A DNA stretch of 64,000 nt from Bdellovibrio sp. (GCA_036676395.1 JAKFCY010000002.1:512001-576000), one strand, 5' to 3'; positions 1 to 9,728 are shown, counted from the stretch's first letter. Translations and numbers: made by a program. Notes: a model not told the origin generated them from the sequence alone.

Positions 1-2
1 AA

Positions 3-701
3 CAATTTGTTTTACAACTGAATCACTGGCAATTTTTTTTAGTCAGCTTTATTGGCTTTTCAGTACTGTATTTTTCATTTTGTTCGATTTCATACTATCT
101 ATTTTGCGTAAAAAGAATCTGGCCACGAGTTCAGGATAAAGAATTTCGTTCTGGACAAATTAAGACTGAAATTAAGAGATCGTTTTTGTCGATATTTATG
201 TTTTCGTTACTGGCGATTTGGATGTGTGAGGGATTAAGACGGGGAGTTTACCGCTATGATTTTAATTTTTCGTTAAACACATTTTTAATTGAAGTTGTTG
301 TGCTTTTTTTCTGGAATGAAATTTACTTTTACAGTTTTCACAGATTGTTTCATTTAAAATCATTATACAAATATCACGTCGATCATCATTATTCGTTCGT
401 GCCGTCTCCTTTTTCAGCTTACAGTTTTCATTGGAGCGAAGGGGTTATCTTAGGAGCAGTCATGCCAGTGGTCATGCTGTTTCACGACTTTCAGTTTTAC
501 GCAATTATGGTACTGCCGGCGATGAGTATTTCAATGAACGTGTTAGGGCATTCTAACATCGATTTTTTCCCGAAATCTGGTCAGGGCAGTTTGTTAAGTT
601 TTTCGAAACGCCATAGTCTGCATCATAAAATTCCCCATTCAAATTTTGGATTTTTCTTACCCTGGTTTGACCAGGTTTTTGGGACCGTGGCCAAAGACTA
701 A
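3..701 (+). CDS. Sterol desaturase / fatty acid hydroxylase superfamily protein (5'-truncated by window edge)
   Basis: Frame is open from base 3 (QFVLQLNHWQFFLVSF...) into the listed ORF. Di-iron His boxes HRLFH, HVDHH and HSLHH, followed by NFG...WFDQVFGT. Confidence 0.9.
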   Translation, partial: QFVLQLNHWQFFLVSFIGFSVLYFSFCSISYYLFCVKRIWPRVQDKEFRSGQIKTEIKRSFLSIFMFSLLAIWMCEGLRRGVYRYDFNFSLNTFLIEVVVLFFWNEIYFYSFHRLFHLKSLYKYHVDHHYSFVPSPFSAYSFHWSEGVILGAVMPVVMLFHDFQFYAIMVLPAMSISMNVLGHSNIDFFPKSGQGSLLSFSKRHSLHHKIPHSNFGFFLPWFDQVFGTVAKD

Positions 702-766
702 TGTTAGCCATTCTAGGCTCGGTGTAGATAACTTTGACAGTGTATTAGACTACGTAGCTGACGGGG

Positions 767-783
767 TTGGAACGGCTTTAGCT
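767..783 (+). promoter_or_regulatory. Putative sigma54 (-24/-12) promoter
   Basis: TTGGAACGGCTTTAGCT: GG(769-770)-N10-GC(781-782), 13 nt before the PLD ATG. Confidence 0.45.
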
Positions 784-795
784 ATATAAAGCTTT

Positions 796-2610
796 ATGAA
801 AAAACAACGCTCATTATCAATCGTATTAGCCGGTACTTTAGCTGTCTCATTTTTAGCTCCATTTTCTGCCAAGGCCCAAGTGGCTGCTGCTGAAGTTCAA
901 GCGGCTGGCGAAGGTGTTATTACCAGCGAATTATTGGGTATTGAGATTCGGCAGTTTTCGAATCTTTTAGGGGTCGATGCAGAACTGGTTCAAACCGTTT
1001 TTAAAACTATTTCAATTGATACAAAATTAAAATTAAAAGAAATGGTCGCGATCTGGGCGTCACAAGGTTTATTGTTCAATCCAAGCTCACAATTAGGAAT
1101 TGTTAAGACTGGTGATAAATCTGAAATCTTTGATGTAGCTGAAAAGGATCTTTCACAAGTTGAAAATGACATTTTAGATTTATTGATCTCGCTTCATGGT
1201 GATAGTAAATTGGTGCCGTTTATTTCTTCTTTGATCGAAATCTTAAAACAAGATCCAAAGTATGGTCCAACGGTAAGTGCAGTAACTCCAGATCAAAAAT
1301 TAATGATCTTATCAATGTTAGATCAAACTATTTCTTCGACGGGTGCTTTGCGCAAATTTTCGCCTCAGACCTGGACGCAACTATCTGAGCAGTTGGAAAC
1401 TAAACTAAATCGCTTTGAGAAAAATCAAAAATCACAAACCAGACTTTCAAATCCGGTATTCTTAACAGAATTGTATGATGCAGCTAATTCAAAGTATTAC
1501 GCCACTCAGAACTCTAAATTATTAATCGATGGCCCAGCTTCTTTTGCTTTACGTGATCAAAAAATGAGTGAAGCTAAGCAAACGATCAATATGCTTACTT
1601 GGGCTGTGATCGATGATAAAACAGGTCAAGAGTTAGCTGATTTACTTATTGCTAAAGCTAAGAAAAATGTAAAAGTTCGTCTTATCGTAGATGGTCAGGT
1701 AAGTTATAAACCGCACTACAATCGTGAAGTTAAACGTATGGAAGAAAACGGCGTGCAGGTTATTCGCTGGATGAATCCAAAAGCTTCATTTATGGGTCAG
1801 CACCGTAAAATGTTAGTTATTGATGATAAGTTTGCAGTCATGGGCGGAATGAATCCAGGCGATACTTACAGCCATAAAGCCGGTGCAGGTAAAGACTTAT
1901 GGCGTGACACCGATGTGGCATTCGAAGGAACAGCTGCAGAGCAAGCGCAACGTTTATTCATGAAAATCTGGAATAAACAAATTTCTGACCGCAAGCTACC
2001 ACTTAAACAAATCACAATTGTAAACTATTTTACAACGGGAACTAATGACGGAAAAGCGATGCTTGTAGAGCATCAACCCATGTCTGCAGGTGATCAGCAT
2101 AATATTTTGTTAACGATAATGAAATCAATCCGTGGTGCGGAAAAAACTGTGGATATCGAGAATGCATATGTTATTACGTTTCCGTCATTAACATATGAAA
2201 TTAAAGAAGCCGTTGAGCGTGGTGTTAAAGTTAGAATTTTAACGAATTCAACAAACAGTGTGGATGAAAAAGTTGTGGCACTTCCAATCGTACGCAGTGC
2301 TAAAAAGCTTTTAGATGTAGGTGCAGAAGTTTACTTAAAAACAGGCAGCACATTACATTCTAAGTTTATGATTGTAGATCAACGTTTATTTTTAATCGGA
2401 AGTTATAACTTACACCCGAGATCTGAAAAGATGGAAGGTGAGACGATTGTTGTCTTTGATAATACAAAACTTGCATTAGAAGCAACAGCTGCTTTTGAAA
2501 ATGATATCCAGGCTGATAAAGCCATTAAAATGGATCCAGCTCAGGAAGTTATTATTCCGGTAACGGGTGAAACACTTTTACCATTGCGTATGTTTTACGA
2601 TCAGTTGTAA
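796..2610 (+). CDS. Exported phospholipase D family protein (cardiolipin synthase-like, two HKD motifs)
   Basis: Signal peptide (MKKQRS...SAKA). HRKMLVIDD...GGMN and HSKFMIVD...GSYN motifs. Unrecognised ~200 aa N-terminal region. Confidence 0.9.
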   Translation: MKKQRSLSIVLAGTLAVSFLAPFSAKAQVAAAEVQAAGEGVITSELLGIEIRQFSNLLGVDAELVQTVFKTISIDTKLKLKEMVAIWASQGLLFNPSSQLGIVKTGDKSEIFDVAEKDLSQVENDILDLLISLHGDSKLVPFISSLIEILKQDPKYGPTVSAVTPDQKLMILSMLDQTISSTGALRKFSPQTWTQLSEQLETKLNRFEKNQKSQTRLSNPVFLTELYDAANSKYYATQNSKLLIDGPASFALRDQKMSEAKQTINMLTWAVIDDKTGQELADLLIAKAKKNVKVRLIVDGQVSYKPHYNREVKRMEENGVQVIRWMNPKASFMGQHRKMLVIDDKFAVMGGMNPGDTYSHKAGAGKDLWRDTDVAFEGTAAEQAQRLFMKIWNKQISDRKLPLKQITIVNYFTTGTNDGKAMLVEHQPMSAGDQHNILLTIMKSIRGAEKTVDIENAYVITFPSLTYEIKEAVERGVKVRILTNSTNSVDEKVVALPIVRSAKKLLDVGAEVYLKTGSTLHSKFMIVDQRLFLIGSYNLHPRSEKMEGETIVVFDNTKLALEATAAFENDIQADKAIKMDPAQEVIIPVTGETLLPLRMFYDQL

Positions 2611-2626
2611 AAAAAAGGACATTGCT

Positions 2627-3358
2627 GTGAATGATGTTTTAATTTTTTTAGCCATTTTAGCTTTCGGAACTTTTAAATACGGTACTCTGATGGGTATTCC
2701 GTACTACATTTTTTGGAAAGTAAAACCAGCATGGTTAAATAATTTTAAAAAAATTCAAGTGCAAGAGCGGGCAAAACCGCAAGTCGCCTTAGAGATGAAA
2801 TATTCAAGCTATACACTAGTTATTCAGGCGATCTTTTTTTTCGGCATTTATAAATTGAACCAGCTTGGCTTTGTGCAGATCGTGGCTGAGCAGCCGTTAT
2901 GGAAAGATTTAGTCGCGCTGGGCATTTACGTCTTGATCTATGATCCATTCTTCTATGTGCTTCATCACATCATGCATAAGAATAAGTGGTTATATCGCAA
3001 TATTCACGTTGTGCATCACCGCTCACTTAATCCAACACCTTGGGCGACTTATTCGTTTCATCCCATTGAAGCAGCTGCAAACTTGTTATATTTTATTCCG
3101 TTTTTCTTTTTAACGAGTGTCAGTGTGCCAATGCTTTTGTTTATTTTGATCGTCACTGACTCGGCAAATTTAGCCGGCCATTTGGGATATGAAGTTTTCT
3201 CAGAGAAAGTGCAAAACAGCTGGTGGGGACGTTGGATCACGACGCCGACTCATCATAATATTCATCATCAGGTATCTAATTCGAATTTTGGCTTGTATTT
3301 CAATGGCTGGGATCTTTGGTTCAAGACCTTAAATGCAAAAGATAAGCGTAAAACTTAG
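2627..3358 (+). CDS. Sterol desaturase / fatty acid hydroxylase superfamily protein
   Basis: His boxes HHIMH, HVVHH, HHNIHH; NPTPWATYSFHPIE; NFGLYF..WD. Start placed at GTG 2627 after the AAGGA SD. Confidence 0.9.
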   Translation: MNDVLIFLAILAFGTFKYGTLMGIPYYIFWKVKPAWLNNFKKIQVQERAKPQVALEMKYSSYTLVIQAIFFFGIYKLNQLGFVQIVAEQPLWKDLVALGIYVLIYDPFFYVLHHIMHKNKWLYRNIHVVHHRSLNPTPWATYSFHPIEAAANLLYFIPFFFLTSVSVPMLLFILIVTDSANLAGHLGYEVFSEKVQNSWWGRWITTPTHHNIHHQVSNSNFGLYFNGWDLWFKTLNAKDKRKT

Positions 3359-3519
3359 TTAATATAAGTGATTAGGGTTTGGAAGCCCAACGTTGCTTTG
3401 GCCATCACTGTGTCTTGCTCTGCGGCAAGCTGCTTCACTAAGTAAACTACAGTAAATGCGCCAACGTAAAATAAGAATAGTCTTTTTCTAAATTCAATCA
3501 TGGAGCGAAGATACCGCAT
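3355..3519 (-). CDS. Putative 54-aa small membrane protein (not in ORF track)
   Basis: Manual translation MRYLRSMIEFRKRLFLFYVGAFTVVYLVKQLAAEQDTVMAKATLGFQTLITYIN*. One hydrophobic segment, stop overlaps the convergent desaturase stop, sigma28-like motif just upstream. Confidence 0.45.
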   Translation of the reverse strand: MRYLRSMIEFRKRLFLFYVGAFTVVYLVKQLAAEQDTVMAKATLGFQTLITYIN

Positions 3520-3569
3520 TTTTGCCTATCGGAGAGAAAAATCTGAGGCTTGGTGAAAAGAATAAAAGG

Positions 3570-3598
3570 TTGTCAAAAATCTAGACAGGGCAGACAAT
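3570..3598 (+). promoter_or_regulatory. Putative sigma70 promoter of the ABC operon (leaderless-type)
   Basis: TTGTCA-N17-GACAAT ending 6 nt before ATG 3605; no SD. Confidence 0.5.
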
Positions 3599-3604
3599 AC
3601 GTCT

Positions 3605-4282
3605 ATGTCATCAGTCGTCGAAATCAAGAATATATCAAAGAGTTATAAATTAGGGGAAACCCATGTGGACGCCATCAAGGATTTGTCTTTAGTTGTGACT
3701 AAAGGGGAGTTTACGGCGCTTATCGGGGCATCGGGATCGGGCAAAACTACGCTTTTAAATTTAATTGGGTGTTTAGACAGTGTCGATCGCGGTGAGATTT
3801 TAATTGATGGCATGAACGTGAAGCGGCTTAACGAAAACCAAAAAAGCCAGCTGCGTAATGAAAAAATTGGTTTTATTTTTCAATCGTTTAATTTAATCCC
3901 TGTGTTAAATATTTATGAAAATGTTGAATTGCCATTAACCGTGCGTAAAGACATTCAAGCTGCAGAACGTAAAGCAAAAGTTGAAGCGGCTTTAAAAGAT
4001 GTAGGCCTTTTAGAATTTGCGCATCATCGTCCAGACCAACTATCAGGTGGACAACGTCAGCGCGTGGCCATAGCCAGAGCCTTGGTGACATCACCGGCCC
4101 TGATCTTAGCGGATGAGCCAACGGCAAACTTAGATTCAAAAACTGCCAATTTAATTATCGATTTAATGTTAGAATTAAATAAAACAAAACATGTGACTTT
4201 TTTCTTTTGCACCCATGATGAAAAATTAATGAGCCGTGTTCAAAAAATTGTAAAAATTAAAGATGGTCAGATCGAAGCATGA
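3605..4282 (+). CDS. ABC transporter ATP-binding protein, LolD/MacB family
   Basis: Walker A GASGSGKTT, signature LSGGQRQRVAIARAL, ILADEPTANLD, CTHD. Confidence 0.95.
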   Translation: MSSVVEIKNISKSYKLGETHVDAIKDLSLVVTKGEFTALIGASGSGKTTLLNLIGCLDSVDRGEILIDGMNVKRLNENQKSQLRNEKIGFIFQSFNLIPVLNIYENVELPLTVRKDIQAAERKAKVEAALKDVGLLEFAHHRPDQLSGGQRQRVAIARALVTSPALILADEPTANLDSKTANLIIDLMLELNKTKHVTFFFCTHDEKLMSRVQKIVKIKDGQIEA

Positions 4283-5598
4283 TTTGGAAATTTGCTTACA
4301 GAAATTTATTGCGCAATAAACGCCGATCATTATCGACCGGCGTAGCTATTTGCGTAGGCTTTGTAGGATTAAACTTACTAGGTGCTTATATTTACCGCGC
4401 TAAGATGGCCTTAGATACAACATCAATTTATTCGGCACAAAAAGGTCATGTCAGTATTTATAAAAAAGATTCTATTGAACAGTATCAAATTAAACCTAAA
4501 AAATATATTTTTAGCACCGAAGAGCAAAAGAAAATTGATCAGGTCTTAACAGAATTCACTTCTGAAGTTGAATATGTCGGAAAACAAATTTCTGTTCCGG
4601 GATTACTTTCAAATGGAACTAAATCTCATCCCGTAGTTATTTATGGTTTTGATCCTGTAGCCTTTAAAAAATCTTTAACTCAGCCAGCGCTATTAGAATG
4701 GGCTAAAGATTGGGTACTGCCTTCACAGCTTGAAGATGCCGACTTATTTTTAAAAAATCCTGAGACACTTTCGATCACGCCAAAAATTGCCGAGCTCTTA
4801 TCTTTTAAATATCCGTTAAAGAGCAATGAACCCGTGCAAATTGCAGCGCGCACTTTAGAAGGGGATTTAAACGCGATCAATGCAGATCTTGGTGCGGAAC
4901 ACACAACGGGCATGCAATTTCTTGAAGATACTATTGTATTGATTCCAATAGCTAAGGTTCAGGAGTTGTTGGCCACGGATGCGGTGGAAACAATTTCAGT
5001 TTATTTAAAACACGATGTTTCGGTGGATCGATTTATAAGCGAATTGAAAAGTAAGACAACGGCATTAGGCTTCGATACTGATATTTATAGATTTGATGAC
5101 CCTATCATTAATGCCATTCATTCGGGATCGATGGGTTTTTTATACGTTATGGGCGGATTTTTTCTATTTTTAATCTGCACGGCGGTGAGCCTTACGATTA
5201 TTAATTCTCTGACGATGGGGATTATTGAACGTACACGCGAAATTGGAACTTTGCGGGCCGTAGGATTTAAAAGTTTAGATGTCGTACAATTGTTTGTGCG
5301 CGAAAGTGTTTTGCTATCAGTGATCAGCATGTTTTTTGGAGTTTTGATTTCGTTTTTAGTTTCAAGTGCGATTAATGCTGCAAATATTCGGTTTTTTCCG
5401 CCTGGCGCCAGCACCATGATTCAATTTGTCTTAAAGTGGAATTTATATATTGCCGGGTTTGTTTTTATTTTGCTTTTTGTTATTGCCACAGTTTCATCAT
5501 TTTTTGTGATTAAGAGTAAATTGCGCACTAAATTAATTGCCTTACTTAATGACACATCAACTTTCGATGATGATAGCGAAGAAGAGGAATCACCATGA
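4279..5598 (+). CDS. ABC transporter permease, LolC/E-MacB-FtsX family
   Basis: N-terminal AYRNLLRNKRRS + TM, large periplasmic loop, ERTREIGTLRAVGF motif, three C-terminal TMs; ATGA overlap with ATPase. Confidence 0.92.
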   Translation: MIWKFAYRNLLRNKRRSLSTGVAICVGFVGLNLLGAYIYRAKMALDTTSIYSAQKGHVSIYKKDSIEQYQIKPKKYIFSTEEQKKIDQVLTEFTSEVEYVGKQISVPGLLSNGTKSHPVVIYGFDPVAFKKSLTQPALLEWAKDWVLPSQLEDADLFLKNPETLSITPKIAELLSFKYPLKSNEPVQIAARTLEGDLNAINADLGAEHTTGMQFLEDTIVLIPIAKVQELLATDAVETISVYLKHDVSVDRFISELKSKTTALGFDTDIYRFDDPIINAIHSGSMGFLYVMGGFFLFLICTAVSLTIINSLTMGIIERTREIGTLRAVGFKSLDVVQLFVRESVLLSVISMFFGVLISFLVSSAINAANIRFFPPGASTMIQFVLKWNLYIAGFVFILLFVIATVSSFFVIKSKLRTKLIALLNDTSTFDDDSEEEESP

Positions 5599-6317
5599 AA
5601 TTATTAATCTTATTATTAGCCATCCCGTTTTATGCTAATGCTGATTTAGCGACGGACTTGTTAAAAGCTTCAGATCGCGCCCGTGGCAGTGTAAAAGATG
5701 GCGTTCAGTGGAATGCTGTGATTGAAACCCAAGAAAACGGCGAAAGCAGTACACGTGAATTTAATATTAAAGCCAAAGGCGACGATGCTTATGTGGAATC
5801 GACAAAGCCTGCAAAAAACAAAGGCGAGATTTATATTTTTAATGATCGTAACATGTGGTTTTTTAAACCCTCACTTAAAAAGCCAATTTCAATTTCAGCC
5901 CGCCAAAAGCTAACAGGGCAAGCGGCTAACGGAGATATCGCTTCGACTCACTATGCACGCGATTACGCTGCTGTTATTGAAAAAACTGAGCTGTTAAATG
6001 GCGATAAAATGCACGTCTTATTATTAACAGCGAAATCTAAAAGTTTAACCTATGATAAAATCAGATACTGGATCAGTGATAAAACTAAATTAGCCATGAA
6101 GGCCGAATTTTTAACTTTGCAAGGTAAGCCCTTTAAAGTGGGACTCTTAAAGTACGGTAACACTTTAACTGCTGGCGGAGAAACCTTTCCGTTTATCAGT
6201 GAGCTAGTGATTGTGGATGCGAAGTTTGGCAATAACAAGAGCACGATCAATTACAAAACTCCTAAAGTGGTTCAGCTATCAAATTCGATTTTTAATGTGA
6301 ATAACCTAACGAGATAA
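5595..6317 (+). CDS. LolA-like outer membrane lipoprotein-sorting (periplasmic carrier) protein
   Basis: Signal peptide; NMWFFKP...PISISARQKLTGQAANGDIA and TYDKIRYWI pattern typical of the LolA-like family found in these ABC operons. Confidence 0.8.
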   Translation: MKLLILLLAIPFYANADLATDLLKASDRARGSVKDGVQWNAVIETQENGESSTREFNIKAKGDDAYVESTKPAKNKGEIYIFNDRNMWFFKPSLKKPISISARQKLTGQAANGDIASTHYARDYAAVIEKTELLNGDKMHVLLLTAKSKSLTYDKIRYWISDKTKLAMKAEFLTLQGKPFKVGLLKYGNTLTAGGETFPFISELVIVDAKFGNNKSTINYKTPKVVQLSNSIFNVNNLTR

Positions 6318-6321
6318 TTTA

Positions 6322-7635
6322 ATGATTCTAAAGATCGCTCTTCGCAACACTATAAAAAACTGGCGCCACTCGATTTCGGCGTTATTAAGCTTATCGGCTT
6401 CGTTTGTGTCGCTTGTGCTATTTGATGGTTATATGGACGATGTTAAAGCCATGTATATTGATAATTTTACTCACCGTCAGATGTTGGGTGATATTATTAT
6501 TGAACACAAAGACCAGTATTCAAAAGAAGGCATTAGTTCTCCGTGGGAATTTTGGATCAGCAAAGAAGATCAAATTTACATTCAGCAAAAAGTAACTGCT
6601 AAGCCGATTAAGGCTGAAATCGTTATTCGCAATTTAAATTTTCAAGGAATGATCACTAACGGCATTCAATCGCAGATTTTATTAGGACGTGGTTATGATC
6701 CTCTTGAAGGTGAAAAAATGCGCGGTAAAAATTGGTCATGGAATGTGACCTATGGAACACCACTGGATCGCCAAGAAAGTGCGTTCACGGGAGCTTTAGG
6801 ACAAGGTTTGGCCAGAAAGCTTGCCTGCACATGGACAAAAGATCCTAACGTTATGACTTTTTACGGTGGTTATGAACAAGTTGCTAAACCATTTGAGTGT
6901 CTGACCAAAGATTTACAAATTTCATCAACAACGGTGGATGGTCAATTAAATGCAATTGATATTACAGCGGTTGCGCTAATGGATGCGGGTTATAAGGACG
7001 TTGATGATCGCTATATTCAGACATCTCTTGAAGCTGCGCAAACTTTAATGAACACTGATAAGGTGAGTTTTATTTCAATTTCAACGGCAGGTCGGTCTGT
7101 GGATGAAGCGATTGATTACCTGAACACTGATGTTTTTAAAGATAAAAAGTATTTACAGGCCCAGCGTTGGCAAAATCACCGTCTAGGTGAGATGTACACG
7201 AAGACGATGGATTTTTTATCGATCTTTAGAAATTTTGTGGTCGTTGTCATTGTGTTGGTTTCAACATTATCGGTGTTAAACACGATGGTGAAGCTTGTGA
7301 AAGAACGCACACGTGAAATCGGAACTATGCGAAGCATTGGTTTTTTACCACAGCAAGTGGTGAAGATGTTCTTTCTGGAAAGCGTATTTTTATCAGTAAT
7401 GGGAACAGCTGTCGGAGCAGTGATAGCGCTAGGGCTTACGTTCATTTTTAATTCAGTTAAAATAATGTATAAAGCAGGGCTTCTGTCAGAGCCAGTAGCA
7501 TTTCGAATCGCATTTTATCCCGATGCTTATATAGCTGCTTTTATTCTATTAGTATCTGTAGGAACAGTGGCAACTTATTTTGCTACAAGACAAATTATTA
7601 AAAGTAAGATTATTGATAACTTAACGTATGTGTAA
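6322..7635 (+). CDS. Second ABC transporter permease, LolC/E-MacB-FtsX family
   Basis: IALRNTIKNWRHS + TM, periplasmic domain, ERTREIGTMRSIGF, C-terminal TMs. Confidence 0.92.
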   Translation: MILKIALRNTIKNWRHSISALLSLSASFVSLVLFDGYMDDVKAMYIDNFTHRQMLGDIIIEHKDQYSKEGISSPWEFWISKEDQIYIQQKVTAKPIKAEIVIRNLNFQGMITNGIQSQILLGRGYDPLEGEKMRGKNWSWNVTYGTPLDRQESAFTGALGQGLARKLACTWTKDPNVMTFYGGYEQVAKPFECLTKDLQISSTTVDGQLNAIDITAVALMDAGYKDVDDRYIQTSLEAAQTLMNTDKVSFISISTAGRSVDEAIDYLNTDVFKDKKYLQAQRWQNHRLGEMYTKTMDFLSIFRNFVVVVIVLVSTLSVLNTMVKLVKERTREIGTMRSIGFLPQQVVKMFFLESVFLSVMGTAVGAVIALGLTFIFNSVKIMYKAGLLSEPVAFRIAFYPDAYIAAFILLVSVGTVATYFATRQIIKSKIIDNLTYV

Positions 7636-8878
7636 ATGGTTAGTCTTCTTATCATTACAGCTTCCATTAATAGCAAGTGCGCAAAATTTTGAGTTTGCGT
7701 TCAGTTATGAAGCGTATTTATTTGGTGAGCAGCGTGATTATGCAGATTCAGTTTTAAATCTGGGAAATGAAGTTTTAAATGTGCCTGAAACAGCAGGTTT
7801 TTTAGATCAGCGCGCTGAATTTAAGTGGTTAATTAATGATGCAAAGATTATTCTTCGTCCAAGAATAGTTTCGTACCAGCAAAATTATAAAACTGAACAG
7901 ACGTTAAAGGAAGAATCGCAAAGTGACACGGAGATTAATTTAGCCGATGCATTTTACGAACAGTATATCACTGACCGTATTTTTACCACTGTAGGTTTGC
8001 AGGTTTACCAATGGGGACCAGCTGAAGTTTTAAATCCGTCAAATCCATTTTTTCATTTTAACACTAATCAGCGAAGTCTTGTGTACAAAGAAAAAGGCAA
8101 AGCACTGCTGCGATTAAATTGGAATGCCAAAGTCGATAACAACTTTGTTTTTATGGTAGAACCAGTTTCAAATAACGAAACCCACTGGATTGCAGAAGAA
8201 AAATTTAAACCGCAGGTTGCAGCAAAATTTGAAACGGCATGGACAGGTACGAGAAATTTCTTAGGCTTTGTGGCTGGAATTCCTGATAATGCTGATTTTT
8301 TTATCGGCGAATATTTTCAATATGAATTTACCGAAGGTTTTAGTATTTACGCTGACGCTAAACACGGTGTGAATACCTTTTTCTATGAGCCACAAACGCA
8401 AGGTTTGTTTCAACGAATGTTGCCGAGCAATCAAGACGGAACAGTGAGTACGTTAGCGGTAGGTGGACTTCGTTATGAAGATACTTTTGATGCACGTTTA
8501 GAATATATTTACAATTCAGCAGGATACGATCAAAAAACTTTTGATAGCGCATTGATCGGAAGTTCTCAGCTTTCGCCTTTTTTAGTTGATAACATTAAAC
8601 GCTTTCAATTCTCTGGATTGGAACTGTTTAGCCAAAACTACGTTTATTTTTCGGTTAGAAAAACGGATCCCTTTGATATTAAAGATTTGAGTTTATTTTT
8701 TAGATCTTTGACATCATTAATGGATAGTTCGGGTGTTGAACAATTTGAATTCGATAAATCAGTTTTAGACTGGGCAAATATCTTTGGCCAATACTCTGCT
8801 TATCGCGGGGAGCAAGATAGCGAATTTAAATTAGTTGATGATTGGAAAGTCTCTGCTGGTGTAAAAGTTATTTATTAG
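7628..8878 (+). CDS. Putative outer-membrane beta-barrel protein
   Basis: Signal peptide, amphipathic beta pattern, GLQVYQWG..E.LNPSNPF motif, C-terminal aromatic beta-signal (SAGVKVIY). Confidence 0.7.
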   Translation: MCKWLVFLSLQLPLIASAQNFEFAFSYEAYLFGEQRDYADSVLNLGNEVLNVPETAGFLDQRAEFKWLINDAKIILRPRIVSYQQNYKTEQTLKEESQSDTEINLADAFYEQYITDRIFTTVGLQVYQWGPAEVLNPSNPFFHFNTNQRSLVYKEKGKALLRLNWNAKVDNNFVFMVEPVSNNETHWIAEEKFKPQVAAKFETAWTGTRNFLGFVAGIPDNADFFIGEYFQYEFTEGFSIYADAKHGVNTFFYEPQTQGLFQRMLPSNQDGTVSTLAVGGLRYEDTFDARLEYIYNSAGYDQKTFDSALIGSSQLSPFLVDNIKRFQFSGLELFSQNYVYFSVRKTDPFDIKDLSLFFRSLTSLMDSSGVEQFEFDKSVLDWANIFGQYSAYRGEQDSEFKLVDDWKVSAGVKVIY

Positions 8879-9644
8879 AAATAATTTTTTCTACGATTTC
8901 GCAAAAGCCATGGCCTGATTCAGCGGGCGAAACGTAAGCTGGAAGATGTTTCATTTGCGTGGAAAAATTACGAACGTTCGCTACGCCAAACGTGTGATGA
9001 AAATTTTCAAACAAAGGTTCATCATTGGGTGAATCGCCGACATAAGCACACTGTTCTAAAATTTGAGTTTCAGTTAAGCCGAATTCTTTTTGTAATAAAA
9101 GTTTTGCGGTAGTGACCTTATTAAAATCACCAAACCAGCCATTCACATGAATTGAACTTACTTTAGCAGTGGCCCCATGGGCGTGAAAGACATCAACGAT
9201 TTGTTTTATTTCGCTATCTGTTAGACGAGGAATGTCTTCGCAGAAGTCTATGGCTAGATCGTAAATGCGGCAAAATTGATCTGCTGAAATTGCAGCATTA
9301 GGAATTTTCTGTTTAATTTCGGCTGCAATGATTTGCAATTTTTTTTGATTTTCGCTTAAAGTTTTTTCATCGGAAAAATTCCAGCGCTGCATTTTTTTAT
9401 TGAGATAACGATAATACAGGCCGCCATTTTCGCCGATCACTGCATCAATTGGCCAAAAGCGGGCGATCATGTCGCACCAACCAGCCGGACGTCCAGTCAC
9501 AGGAATCACAGTGATACCGTGCTGCTTCAATTTGCTTATTGCAGAGTAAGATTCGCTGCTCAGCTGGCCGTTCGTCGTGATCGTATCATCGATATCGGTA
9601 AGCAAAAATTTGATTTTATGCGCGAATTCAGCAAGGGGCTTCAT
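8868..9644 (-). CDS. HAD-IIB family hydrolase
   Basis: Motif I DIDDT, motif II VTGR, motif III K, motif IV GDSPND. Confidence 0.9.
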   Translation of the reverse strand: MKPLAEFAHKIKFLLTDIDDTITTNGQLSSESYSAISKLKQHGITVIPVTGRPAGWCDMIARFWPIDAVIGENGGLYYRYLNKKMQRWNFSDEKTLSENQKKLQIIAAEIKQKIPNAAISADQFCRIYDLAIDFCEDIPRLTDSEIKQIVDVFHAHGATAKVSSIHVNGWFGDFNKVTTAKLLLQKEFGLTETQILEQCAYVGDSPNDEPLFENFHHTFGVANVRNFSTQMKHLPAYVSPAESGHGFCEIVEKIISNK

Positions 9645-9671
9645 TAACGTCCTTAAGAAAGCAGTTGTTTT

Positions 9672-9694
9672 TTATATGTAGTCACTACATATAA
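9672..9694. promoter_or_regulatory. Perfect 10-bp inverted repeat in the divergent HAD/topA promoter (candidate operator)
   Basis: TTATATGTAG-tca-CTACATATAA, overlapping a TATAAT at 9690-9695. Confidence 0.6.
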
Positions 9695-9728
9695 TATAGA
9701 CACTCTATCATAAAGGATACAACACACA

